Source of the DNA: a virus
Taxonomy: Duplodnaviria; Caudoviricetes
IMG/VR virus record: IMGVR_UViG_3300010376_000017
Location: 1-44,206 of that record
Direction: 5' to 3' (one strand)
Length of the DNA stretch: 44,206 nucleotides
Shown here: positions 8,649 through 16,595 of the stretch, piece by piece
Position numbering within the stretch: position 1 is the stretch's first letter
Layout: the number at the start of each line of letters is the position of its first letter
Notes under the pieces: model-generated
What the model saw: the letters and a program-made list of their open reading frames with translations, nothing else
Told to the model about the DNA's origin: nothing
Database searches by the model: none
Translations under genes and position numbers: made by a program

Positions 8649-8814
8649 GCTGGAGCGCCTCGCGCGCGAGGCCTGGGAACGCTGGGGACAGTGGGCGAAG
8701 TTCACGAGGTGCGACGGCTGCCAGCAGCAGCTCTACTGCCGCTCACGATCGGGGCAGGGGCGCTGGCTGTGTGTCGACTGCCACGACCAGCGTTCGGGTA
8801 GCGGCACACGATGA
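8641..8814 (+). CDS. Small zinc-finger protein (57 aa)
   Basis: Hand translation: CDGC...CVDC. Confidence 0.6.
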   Translation: MNELERLAREAWERWGQWAKFTRCDGCQQQLYCRSRSGQGRWLCVDCHDQRSGSGTR

Positions 8815-8855
8815 CCCATTCGGGGCATGCAGTTTCGTGCGGGTGGCGGTACAGT
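8811..8855 (+). promoter_or_regulatory. Phage promoter/operator, copy 2
   Basis: ATGACCCATTCGGGGCAT-N4-TTTCGTGCGGG-N6-TACAGT. Confidence 0.75.
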
Positions 8856-8894
8856 GGGAGCGTGACCTTCACCGCCACCGAAAGGACGACGAGC

Positions 8895-9179
8895 ATGTTC
8901 CAGATCACCGAGATCACCCGCGGCTACCAGGACGCCGCCGAACGCGAGCGCGACATCGAGGCGCTCACCGCCGAGGGCTACGACCACTTCATGCGTTACC
9001 GCGACACGGCCGCGACCTACGCGCTCTGCTACGGGCGCACGCCGAAGCGCGAGATCCAGCACCTGTTCCCGCTCCGCCACAACCCCCACGACCCGGGCGT
9101 CCGCGGACGGATCCGCTACAACCTCTCCGTCCTGCGCAAGCAGCGGCTGACGCCCGCGCTCAAGGGATACCGCCCGTGA
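8895..9179 (+). CDS. Hypothetical protein
   Basis: AAAGGA RBS after promoter copy 2. Confidence 0.7.
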   Translation: MFQITEITRGYQDAAERERDIEALTAEGYDHFMRYRDTAATYALCYGRTPKREIQHLFPLRHNPHDPGVRGRIRYNLSVLRKQRLTPALKGYRP

Positions 9180-9382
9180 TCAACGAGGAGACGCTGCGCG
9201 AGGGCGCCACGTTCAGGATCACGCGCGGCGCGAACGTCGCCTACGCGCACGACCCCGAGGGCGCCTGGGCGGCCGCGCGCCAGCTCAAGATCGAGACGCC
9301 GCCCGATCGCGAGGGCACGGTGATCGAGAACCTGACCACCGGCCAGATCTGGACACGCTGGAAGTGGCGGGAGCTGCAATGA
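9176..9382 (+). CDS. Hypothetical protein
   Basis: GTGA coupling on the 5' side, ATGA on the 3' side. Confidence 0.6.
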   Translation: MINEETLREGATFRITRGANVAYAHDPEGAWAAARQLKIETPPDREGTVIENLTTGQIWTRWKWRELQ

Positions 9383-9687
9383 CGACGAAGAAGGACGCCG
9401 CGATGCAGGCGATGATCATCGCCCGGCAGCTCCGGGCGCTGGAGACCGGCGACGAGGAGATCGAGGACGCCGTCCAGCGACTGCTCTGGTTAGCCCGCGA
9501 CCTGTACCCGGCAATCGACGATCACCCCTGGTACGCGAAGCTGGCCTACGGGGACGAGCCACAGACCGGGACGATCGCGAAGCTGCGGCAACTGATCGAA
9601 CATCCCGAGACGGGCAGCCACGAGCGCGACACCGCCGTCAGGAAGCTCGCCCGGCTGCGCGCGGCACGAGAGACTGGAGGGAGGTGA
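9379..9687 (+). CDS. Hypothetical protein with DUF2786-like C-terminal helical motif
   Basis: IAKLRQLIEHPETGSHERDTAVRKL. Confidence 0.6.
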   Translation: MTTKKDAAMQAMIIARQLRALETGDEEIEDAVQRLLWLARDLYPAIDDHPWYAKLAYGDEPQTGTIAKLRQLIEHPETGSHERDTAVRKLARLRAARETGGR

Positions 9688-9917
9688 GGACGACGATGAG
9701 CGAGTTGCTGATCAAGTGCATGGACGGGCACGTCTCGATGCTCCAGCTCCTGGAGATGCAGCGGGTGATGGGCGCCGAGGGCGTCGAGCGTTGCCACTGG
9801 CACTACAACGACTGCCGCTGCTGCGTGACCGTCCACAGCCACGACGCGACCTGGGTGATCGGGCGGGACGGCGAGTCGACGATGTTCCCCGGTCGCGGCT
9901 GCGAGTGCGATGCCTGA
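9684..9917 (+). CDS. Small Cys-rich hypothetical protein
   Basis: Coupled ORF; GGAGG RBS; start may be 9696. Confidence 0.6.
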   Translation: MRTTMSELLIKCMDGHVSMLQLLEMQRVMGAEGVERCHWHYNDCRCCVTVHSHDATWVIGRDGESTMFPGRGCECDA

Positions 9918-10143
9918 GCAGCCGGGCCTCGACATGGGCGAGTACCGCGAGCCGCCCGACGTCAAGCGTGGCTGCGAGCGCTGCGGGCTGCTGCTCGACC
10001 ACGAGGGCCGGATGCGACGCTACGGCGCGGTCACGCCCGCGTACATCGTCAGCCCGCGCGGGATCGCCCACGTAGGGCTGGACAATGGGATGACCCACTG
10101 CGGCAAGGACGCGACGGGTCCGAACTGGTTCTGGCCGCTGTAA
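9910..10143 (+). CDS. Small Cys/His hypothetical protein
   Basis: CERC...AH...THCG. Confidence 0.6.
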   Translation: MPEQPGLDMGEYREPPDVKRGCERCGLLLDHEGRMRRYGAVTPAYIVSPRGIAHVGLDNGMTHCGKDATGPNWFWPL

Positions 10144-10155
10144 GATCCGATCGTC

Positions 10156-10407
10156 ATGGCGCTGACGGCGAAGCAGCGCAGCAAGCTCCCGGACTCGGCG
10201 TTCGTCTACCCGAAGTCGAGGAAGTACCCGGTGCCGACGAAGACGCAGGCGAAGAAGGCCGGGATCAGCGAGCGGGAGCGCGTCAAGATCCACCGGGCCG
10301 CCAAGTCGTACGCCGCGCGCAAGGACACGGCCGGGACACCGTCGAAGGTCAACGCGGTCGTGCATCGTCGCGGGCCGCTCAAGCCGTCAGGGAAGCGGGG
10401 CAAGTGA
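10156..10407 (+). CDS. Small basic protein (DUF6582-like)
   Basis: LTAKQRSKLPDSAFVYP..RKYP motif. Confidence 0.7.
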   Translation: MALTAKQRSKLPDSAFVYPKSRKYPVPTKTQAKKAGISERERVKIHRAAKSYAARKDTAGTPSKVNAVVHRRGPLKPSGKRGK

Positions 10408-10493
10408 ACAGCACGGTCGGGATCAACCTGCCCGGCGTGGCGCTCGTGGTGCTCGCGGTCGTCTCGGTGATCGCGCTGATCCACTTCTGGTAG
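10404..10493 (+). CDS. 29-aa single-TM peptide
   Basis: MNSTVGINLPGVALVVLAVVSVIALIHFW; fills gap exactly with overlapping start and stop. Confidence 0.55.
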   Translation: MNSTVGINLPGVALVVLAVVSVIALIHFW

Positions 10494-11059
10494 TGCGCTA
10501 CATCGTCCGCACCGTCGCCGGGCTGCGCCGGGAGGGCTGCGACTACCTGCGCGAGCGGCTGCCGGTCGAGTTCCAGGTCGACGAGCGGCGCGACATCATC
10601 GCGAACTTCGCGGCCGCCTTCCGCCGCCAGGGCACCGACGACGCCGTCCACATGGAGGACGACGTGCTGCTGACGCTCGCCTTCGAGGCGAAGCTCCAGG
10701 CGGCGATCGAGCCGTGGCGCGACCAGCTTGTGCAGATGTTCACTTGTCGCCCGAAGGCCGACCGCGCTGGGTCGCGCTGGGCGCCCGGCCGCGACTTCGT
10801 CCACGCCCAGTGCTTCTACGTGCCCGGCGCCGACGCGCCCCGGCTGGCCGAGTTCTACGCGGGCTGGACGGGCCGCCCGGGCTACGACGCGCAGGCCTGC
10901 GCCGACCTGGGCGTCTCCGACTACCTGATCGCGAACCGGCGCCGCTACCGGATCGTGGTGCCGTCGCTCGTCCAGCACGAAGGCAACGGCTCGCTGGTCG
11001 GGCACGGCGCCTTCATGGACCGCTGGCGCTCGCCCAGCTTCGTCGACGCCTGGGCCTGA
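10493..11059 (+). CDS. Putative GT-A fold glycosyltransferase
   Basis: MEDDV acidic motif, D..VSD, PSLVQHEG..SLVGH. Confidence 0.7.
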   Translation: MRYIVRTVAGLRREGCDYLRERLPVEFQVDERRDIIANFAAAFRRQGTDDAVHMEDDVLLTLAFEAKLQAAIEPWRDQLVQMFTCRPKADRAGSRWAPGRDFVHAQCFYVPGADAPRLAEFYAGWTGRPGYDAQACADLGVSDYLIANRRRYRIVVPSLVQHEGNGSLVGHGAFMDRWRSPSFVDAWA

Positions 11060-11143
11060 GCGCGCCGATCTACCGGCCTACCTTGCTGTCGTCACAGGGG
11101 ATGTGGCGCAACTGGGAGCCGCTCGCGCTCGCTCCAGCCGCGA

Positions 11144-11170
11144 GACAGCCCCCGGGTCTCGGGGGCCGTC
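11144..11170. terminator. Hairpin between convergent units
   Basis: GCCCCCG-GGTCT-CGGGGGC with extendable GAC/GTC. Confidence 0.5.
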
Positions 11171-11177
11171 GTCGGGC

Positions 11178-11738
11178 TTACAGCGCCTTCTGGGCCTCGG
11201 CGCAGACCGGGCAGTTGATCACCTGCTGGGCGGGCGTCAGCTCGGCCCGCTTCTTCCAGCTCGCGGAGTTGAGGCCGCAGAGGGTCATCCCGTTCGCGTC
11301 GAGGACGTGGGTGTAGCGGGAGCCGCGGGCTTTCGCTACCTCGGCCCCGGCCGCCTTCGCGTTCCTGGTCAGCTTGCGCTTGCGCGTCAGCGGCGTCCAG
11401 TCCTGCTTCGGCTTCGTGACCGGCTCGGTCACCTCGGCCTCCTCGCTCGTCGTCGTCGGTTCGGACATCGTGTTCACCTCCTCCGTCGTCGTCGCGGTCG
11501 GCCTGCTGGCCCGGAGGGCGGTGATCGCGCGGGCAGGCCCGCCGATCGTCATCGCTTCGCCGCCGCGGCGCTGGTACTCGTCGCTGGCGGCTCGGATGAA
11601 CGCCCATTCCTCGGTGTCGACGTCCGGCTGGAGGCTCGCCTCCATCGCCTGGATCAGCGGGTCGGCCTTGAGCTGCTCGACCTCGCGCCGGTACTCGTCT
11701 GACTCGATCACGCTGATTCGCTGCCGCGGCCTAGACAT
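11178..11738 (-). CDS. Hypothetical protein with C-terminal H/C metal motif
   Basis: TH...TLCG...CPVC; strong internal RBS before M at 11469 suggests a second start. Confidence 0.6.
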   Translation of the reverse strand: MSRPRQRISVIESDEYRREVEQLKADPLIQAMEASLQPDVDTEEWAFIRAASDEYQRRGGEAMTIGGPARAITALRASRPTATTTEEVNTMSEPTTTSEEAEVTEPVTKPKQDWTPLTRKRKLTRNAKAAGAEVAKARGSRYTHVLDANGMTLCGLNSASWKKRAELTPAQQVINCPVCAEAQKAL

Positions 11739-12303
11739 CGGTCAGCTCGCCGTCGGTGGGGCGGGAGTAGAAGCCGAAGTGCGGGTCGTCGTCGCTCTGC
11801 TGGACGGTCGCGGTCAGGCGCACCGTCTGGCCCTTGAGGTCGGGGCAGCGCGGCGGCTGCTCGACGTACTCGCCCGCCTCGTTGTAGAAGCGGGTGATCT
11901 CGGTCAGCTCGCGGAGCTGGGCGGGCACCGTGCCCCAGACCCGGTTGCCGTCACCCTCGTCGATCAGGCACTTGAGCGTGGGGCCGTAGCCGGTGTCCTG
12001 CTCGCGGGTGGAGATGATCACGCCCTGGATCGTCCGCCGCCCGGCCCGGAACGGCTGGGCGTTGGCGGCGCGCTCGGCGCGGTCGTGCCTCCACTCGCGG
12101 GAGCGGTCGCGGATCTTGAGCACCGCGTCGACCTGGCGCTCGGTCAGCTCGCCGTACTTGAGCTGCTTGTTGAGCAGGTCGCGCAGGAAGACGCGGGTGT
12201 TGCCGTTCGTGCCCGGGTAGAGGCTGGCCGCCTCGTCCTCGGGCGTCTCGATCACGTTGCGGAGGAACTCGACGGCCTCCGCCTGGGCGGTGGCAGCGGT
12301 CAT
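11731..12303 (-). CDS. Hypothetical protein, possible OB-fold C-terminus
   Basis: YGELTERQV..V; GYG...K.....G.RVWGTVP; GFYSRP. Confidence 0.7.
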   Translation of the reverse strand: MTAATAQAEAVEFLRNVIETPEDEAASLYPGTNGNTRVFLRDLLNKQLKYGELTERQVDAVLKIRDRSREWRHDRAERAANAQPFRAGRRTIQGVIISTREQDTGYGPTLKCLIDEGDGNRVWGTVPAQLRELTEITRFYNEAGEYVEQPPRCPDLKGQTVRLTATVQQSDDDPHFGFYSRPTDGELTDV

Positions 12304-12539
12304 TTGACCGCCGCCTTGCCGCCCTGGACGTGAACCTGGCCGTAGAAGTTGCGCTTCGTGTACGGGTCCGGCCCGACTATGAAGTAGGTGCCGTCGGGCG
12401 CCTCGGACACCGGCCCGTCGTACTCATTCCCGAACAGGCTGGTCGCTTCGAGACGGACGGACGCGGGGCTGATCGCTACGGCCTCGCGCACCTCCTTCTT
12501 ACTGGACGGGCGGCGCCCGTTGATGAAGATGCCTTGCAT
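12300..12539 (-). CDS. Hypothetical protein
   Basis: GAGGAGG RBS after promoter copy 3; VGPDPYTKRNFYG. Confidence 0.75.
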   Translation of the reverse strand: MQGIFINGRRPSSKKEVREAVAISPASVRLEATSLFGNEYDGPVSEAPDGTYFIVGPDPYTKRNFYGQVHVQGGKAAVK

Positions 12540-12586
12540 CGTGCTATCGCCTCCTCGGCGTGGTGGGTGAAGTTCTCACGCCGACC

Positions 12587-12632
12587 ACTGTACGCGCACC
12601 CGAACGAAACTGCCATGACTCAGATGGGGGAT
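12587..12632 (-). promoter_or_regulatory. Phage promoter/operator, copy 3
   Basis: Minus strand ATCCCCCATCTGAGTCAT-N5-TTTCGTTCGGG-N6-TACAGT. Confidence 0.75.
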
Positions 12633-12656
12633 CGTGTGTGCGGACGTCCGAACACG

Positions 12657-12701
12657 ATGACGCAAACGGGGGATGCCTTTTCGTTCCGGGTGCCGTACAG
12701 T
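12657..12701 (+). promoter_or_regulatory. Phage promoter/operator, copy 4 (back-to-back with copy 3)
   Basis: ATGACGCAAACGGGGGAT-N4-TTTCGTTCCGG-N6-TACAGT. Confidence 0.75.
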
Positions 12702-12738
12702 GGGCGCAATGCACGGAACACCCACCGAGAGGAGCACC

Positions 12739-12918
12739 ATGCACGACGGGTTCCAGCCCGACCACAAGGCCGCGGCCATTCACCGGGCGCGAGCCGAGCG
12801 GGCCTACCAGGACGCGGAGCGGTTCCGCAAGCTCAAGCGTCCGAGCGGCCAGCGGGCCGCCCTCGAAGAGGCCCGCACCCAGGACCGGATAGCCGAGCTG
12901 CTGGAGACGGGCCGATGA
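12739..12918 (+). CDS. Small hypothetical protein
   Basis: GAGGAG RBS. Confidence 0.65.
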   Translation: MHDGFQPDHKAAAIHRARAERAYQDAERFRKLKRPSGQRAALEEARTQDRIAELLETGR

Positions 12919-13052
12919 AGCGCGCTCTCCTGCTGCTGACGATCCTCCCGCTGATTGCCATCAGCGGCCACGAAGCCGCCAGGCACGGCCTGATGCCGGT
13001 CACGGCGATCGGGGCGTTCCCGATCACCGCCGCGCTGCGGAGGCGACCATGA
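12915..13052 (+). CDS. Small hydrophobic/membrane peptide
   Basis: MKRALLLLTILPLIAISG...; coupled both sides. Confidence 0.55.
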   Translation: MKRALLLLTILPLIAISGHEAARHGLMPVTAIGAFPITAALRRRP

Positions 13053-13306
13053 GAGCACGCTACGCCAGCACCTGCGGCGCCTGCGAGCGTCCGATCGAGC
13101 AGGGCGACCAGATCACGAACGACGGCGAGGGCTGGGTTCACTCCGGCTGCCGCCAGCTCCGCGACAACCTGCGCGACCCGGAGTACGCGCGGGGCTACCA
13201 CGACACGCGCCACGCGCAGATGGCAGGGCCGCCCGGCTCCGCCGCCCGCGAGGCCGCCTACGCGGCAATGGAAGCGCAGTGGGCGCGAGAAGGGTTCGAC
13301 TACTGA
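13049..13306 (+). CDS. Small zinc-ribbon protein
   Basis: ARYASTCGAC..PI..GD.I...WVH..C. Confidence 0.7.
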   Translation: MRARYASTCGACERPIEQGDQITNDGEGWVHSGCRQLRDNLRDPEYARGYHDTRHAQMAGPPGSAAREAAYAAMEAQWAREGFDY

Positions 13307-13485
13307 TGCGCCTCCTGATCACGATCAACCTCGGCAACGAGGCGATGCAGACGGCCGACGACGTGCGCGACGCCGTGGACGAAGCCCTGATCGGCTACGG
13401 CGTCGAGCGGCTGTCCCTCAACCAGTACGGCTCGATCCGCGACGACAACGGCAACACCGTCGGCGTCTGGAGGGTGACCGAATGA
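13306..13485 (+). CDS. Small conserved phage protein
   Basis: I.LGNEAM...GSIRDDNGNTVGVW. Confidence 0.7.
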   Translation: MRLLITINLGNEAMQTADDVRDAVDEALIGYGVERLSLNQYGSIRDDNGNTVGVWRVTE

Positions 13486-13694
13486 GCCGCCAGCGCGTCT
13501 ACATCTACAAGCCGGTCGGGTTCGACATCTTCGACCGCCGCAACTACCAGCCGAAGCCGGGCACGCGGCTGGTCAAGTGCCAGCCTCCCGGCACTCCACG
13601 CAACGGCACGATGGGGCACTGCTACGTCGAGGACGCCGAGACGGGCAAGTTCTACGGGCTAGTCCTGGAGAACAGCCTGGAGCGCGAGCGGTGA
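13482..13694 (+). CDS. Small hypothetical protein (SH3-like beta pattern)
   Basis: Coupled ORF. Confidence 0.65.
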   Translation: MSRQRVYIYKPVGFDIFDRRNYQPKPGTRLVKCQPPGTPRNGTMGHCYVEDAETGKFYGLVLENSLERER

Positions 13695-13939
13695 GCGGCT
13701 ACACGCCGCTGCCCGAGCCGCCGCCAGCTCGCCGCTGGCGCTACGAGGTCGGGGACGAGCTGCTCTACCTGTCCTTCGGCGGGGAGCGGCGACGCTGCCG
13801 GGTGACCGAGAAGCACGCCGACATCAAGCACGGCCGCCCCGGCTTCAACGCGATCCTGCTGGGACCGAACGGCGAGCCGAGGATCTGGGAGGAGCAGGTG
13901 TGGGGCTACGACGAGCAGATCGAGCAGGTGATCCGATGA
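13691..13939 (+). CDS. Small hypothetical protein
   Basis: Coupled ORF; DIKHGRPGF...WGYDEQI. Confidence 0.65.
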   Translation: MSGYTPLPEPPPARRWRYEVGDELLYLSFGGERRRCRVTEKHADIKHGRPGFNAILLGPNGEPRIWEEQVWGYDEQIEQVIR

Positions 13940-14163
13940 GGACGTACTCGGAGCAGGAAGCGCGCGAGCGGCTGCGCCCGCTGGGCAACGTGACGGTGAT
14001 CGCCACCGATCGCGACCGGATGTTCGCCGCGAGTCGGCTGCGCGTCCAGGGCGATCTGCCCTGGGGGTTCGGCACCTGGGAGGAGCCGCGTTCACCATCC
14101 CGCACGAAACCCGCTACGCTTGATCCGTCCGTGACACCGAACGAAAGAGAGGAGGACGCATGA
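13936..14163 (+). CDS. Small hypothetical protein
   Basis: Coupled ORF; 3' part overlaps a promoter-like element. Confidence 0.45.
   Translation: MRTYSEQEARERLRPLGNVTVIATDRDRMFAASRLRVQGDLPWGFGTWEEPRSPSRTKPATLDPSVTPNEREEDA
14099..14120 (+). promoter_or_regulatory. Promoter with inverted 11-bp box
   Basis: CCCGCACGAAA (reverse complement of TTTCGTGCGGG)-N5-TACGCT upstream of strong RBS. Confidence 0.5.
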
Positions 14164-14588
14164 ACGACACCACACCGACGATGCTGGAGGCGAGCGACGA
14201 CACGAAGACTCCACTGCGCGTGTTGCTGATCCCGCTCAACGGGCCGCTTGAGTTCCACGAGCTGAACAGCGAACGCTCAGGGCTGGAGACGCTCCAGAAG
14301 CTCGTAGGCGGCTACGTCGAGGCGATCAGCCTGCCCCCGTTCATCAAGGACGGTGGCAAGGCGACCGCCTACATCCACGAGGAGGGCAAGTACGAGTACC
14401 CCGGCCAGGACGGCGTCAACTGGAGGGCGACCGACTACATGGTCCCGGGGATCGGGCTGTTCCACGGCGACTGGATAGCCGGGCCGATGATCCTCGCCGG
14501 GTTCGACCCGAGCACGGGCGAGCACGCCGAGCTGCCTGAGTCCGTGATCCGGCGAGCGCGCGTGATCGAGCGAGAGTCAGGCCGCTGA
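14160..14588 (+). CDS. DUF3846-like protein
   Basis: LETLQKLVGGYVE...HEEGK...N.RAT...D.IAG. Confidence 0.75.
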   Translation: MNDTTPTMLEASDDTKTPLRVLLIPLNGPLEFHELNSERSGLETLQKLVGGYVEAISLPPFIKDGGKATAYIHEEGKYEYPGQDGVNWRATDYMVPGIGLFHGDWIAGPMILAGFDPSTGEHAELPESVIRRARVIERESGR

Positions 14589-14815
14589 TGGGCTACGTGA
14601 TGATCTTCGGCGCCTGCATCTCCTGTCGGCGGACGTTCGGCTTCAACCCGAGCTGGGTGCCGTCCGTCTTCGTCAACGGGAAGCGCGAGCCGGTCTGCCG
14701 CGACTGCGTCGAGCGGGCGAACCCGCTGCGAGTCGAGAACGGGCTGGAGCCGATCAGGATCCACCCGGAGGCGTACGAGCCTGCCGACGAGAACGAGGTG
14801 CTCTGGAATGAGTAA
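14588..14815 (+). CDS. Small zinc-finger protein
   Basis: CISC..TF.FNP..VPS...PVCRDC. Confidence 0.7.
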   Translation: MGYVMIFGACISCRRTFGFNPSWVPSVFVNGKREPVCRDCVERANPLRVENGLEPIRIHPEAYEPADENEVLWNE

Positions 14816-14990
14816 GCGCCCGATCACTGCCGAGACGCTCCGCCACGTTCGCGAGCGGCGTGAGAAGGAGCGGGACAAGCTGGCCGCCGAGTACGAGCTG
14901 GCGGCGAGCATGCTCGACGAGCTGTGGCCGCGGGAGTTCCGCAACGCCGCCAGCCACCTGCGCCACGAGGCCGAACGCTGGAGGCGCTGA
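14808..14990 (+). CDS. Small hypothetical protein
   Basis: Overlapping coupled ORF, helical. Confidence 0.55.
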   Translation: MSKRPITAETLRHVRERREKERDKLAAEYELAASMLDELWPREFRNAASHLRHEAERWRR

Positions 14991-15035
14991 CGCTATTCTG
15001 TTCGGAGACCGGGACAGCGAGAGGAGGTGACGCGA

Positions 15036-15293
15036 ATGGCAACCACAGCACGGATGGGACGGCCGGTGGGCGGCCTGACACCGACCCGCCGGACACAGCT
15101 CCGCCGGATCGTCCGCAGGATGCGCCGAGCCGAGCAGAACGCCCTGGACGTGCGAGGCGAGCTGGCGACGGCCGTGACCGAGGCCCAGTCCGAGGGCGCG
15201 AGCGTCCGCATGATCGGAGAGGCACTCGGCTACGGGTCTTCGACGATCCACGCCCTGATCCACCGGGGCGAGTCAACAGACGACGAGGAGTGA
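15036..15293 (+). CDS. HTH DNA-binding protein
   Basis: GASVRMIGEALGYGSSTIHALI; GAGGAGGTGA RBS. Confidence 0.75.
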   Translation: MATTARMGRPVGGLTPTRRTQLRRIVRRMRRAEQNALDVRGELATAVTEAQSEGASVRMIGEALGYGSSTIHALIHRGESTDDEE

Positions 15294-15294
15294 G

Positions 15295-15699
15295 ATGGAC
15301 ACCTACACCACCACGGCCGCCCTGGAGGCGGCCTTAGCACCAGTGCAAGCCGAGCACAAGCGGCTGACGGAGGAGATCGAGCGCGCCGAGGCGACGCTCG
15401 CGGAGCTGCGGACGAACCAGCGCCGCACGAAGCGGGTGCTCGACGCGCTCAATCCCCCGGCGAAGCCGAAGCCGAAGCCGTCGACGAACGGCCACGGCGA
15501 GCTGTCCCTCGACAGGCTGGAGGAGTTCCTGCACACGCTGCCGCCCGACCAGGACGTGACGTCAACCGATGTCGGGACGGCGACCGGCGTCAGCCGCAAC
15601 CACGCGGCCGTCCAGCTCCGGGCCGCCCACGACCGCGGGAGCCTGCGGCTCGACCGGCGCGGCCGCGGCGGCCAGCGCATCTACCGGGTAATCGCGTGA
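15295..15699 (+). CDS. Coiled-coil plus winged-HTH protein
   Basis: TSTDVGTATGVSRNHAAVQL...G.L.....G....Y. Confidence 0.7.
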   Translation: MDTYTTTAALEAALAPVQAEHKRLTEEIERAEATLAELRTNQRRTKRVLDALNPPAKPKPKPSTNGHGELSLDRLEEFLHTLPPDQDVTSTDVGTATGVSRNHAAVQLRAAHDRGSLRLDRRGRGGQRIYRVIA

Positions 15700-16100
15700 A
15701 GGGCAACGGCCACCGGCGCGGCGCCAGCCTGTACGAGTTCCGCGACCTCGACCTGCTGTTCCGGCTGGCCGAGGCGGGCGGCGAGGAGGGCTGGGCCGAG
15801 ACGGAGGCGCTGGCCGAGCTGATAGGCCTCGACGACAACCGGCCGGTCGGCACCCGCCTAGCCTGGATGCGGCGTTACGGGATGACCGAACGCTCCCGGG
15901 ACGGGCTGTGGAGGCCCACGGCGGCCGCCGAGCGGGTCAGGCAGGCCCGGATCAGGGCCGCGGCCCAGCGGACGCTGGAGGCGCTGCCCGAGGAGTCGAT
16001 GATCGAGACAATGGCCGCGGTCACGGCCAGGTACAGGCTGGCCGATCCGATGATCGCCGCGATGCTCCGGCGCGAGTTCCTGTTCGGGACGAAGCGGTGA
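15696..16100 (+). CDS. Putative winged-HTH protein
   Basis: TEALAELIGL...VGTRLAWMRRYG...G.W. Confidence 0.6.
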   Translation: MKGNGHRRGASLYEFRDLDLLFRLAEAGGEEGWAETEALAELIGLDDNRPVGTRLAWMRRYGMTERSRDGLWRPTAAAERVRQARIRAAAQRTLEALPEESMIETMAAVTARYRLADPMIAAMLRREFLFGTKR

Positions 16101-16543
16101 GCTGCATCCACTGCGGCGCCGAAGTGTTCTGGAGCTTCCCCCGGGCCGAGGATCCCTGCTTCGAGTGCCGCCAGCCGGTCGGGCAGGCGTCGATGACGAG
16201 CTACCGCGCCGGGTGCCGCTGCTCGCTCTGCCGCCGCGCGAACAGCGATCGCCAGAACGACTACATGGCCCGGCATCCCGACCAGCGGAGTCGGCACGCC
16301 GAGCGCGAGCTGGGCCGCTACTACGAGCAGCGGGGCGACCGTCGCCGCTACGTCGGGCGCGAGTCGACGCCTGCCTGTCGGACGCTCCAGTCGAAGGTGC
16401 GCTTCATCGACTTCTACATCTTCGACAGCCACGTGCTCTACAAGCAGGTCTGGCAGGCGGCCGTCAGCGAGAACAACGAGCGTGGCCTGCGCGCGGCTCG
16501 CAGCCAGATGCGCGGCAAGCTCTGGCTGCTCAATCACTCCTGA
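16097..16543 (+). CDS. Cys-rich hypothetical protein
   Basis: CIHC, CFEC, Y..GCRCSLC motifs. Confidence 0.6.
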   Translation: MSCIHCGAEVFWSFPRAEDPCFECRQPVGQASMTSYRAGCRCSLCRRANSDRQNDYMARHPDQRSRHAERELGRYYEQRGDRRRYVGRESTPACRTLQSKVRFIDFYIFDSHVLYKQVWQAAVSENNERGLRAARSQMRGKLWLLNHS

Positions 16544-16547
16544 CACG

Positions 16548-16592
16548 ATCCCCCGTTTGTGTCATGTCCTTTCGTGCGGGGGTCGGTACATT
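16548..16592 (+). promoter_or_regulatory. Phage promoter/operator, copy 5 (upstream of the non-coding region)
   Basis: ATCCCCCGTTTGTGTCAT-N4-TTTCGTGCGGG-N6-TACATT. Confidence 0.75.
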
Positions 16593-16595
16593 AGT

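Noticed and set aside
14135-14162. Repeated CACCGAACGA..GAGGAGG leader (similar at 22842 and 8050-8068)
   Set aside because: Largely explained by strong Shine-Dalgarno sequences; too few and too short to call a separate element
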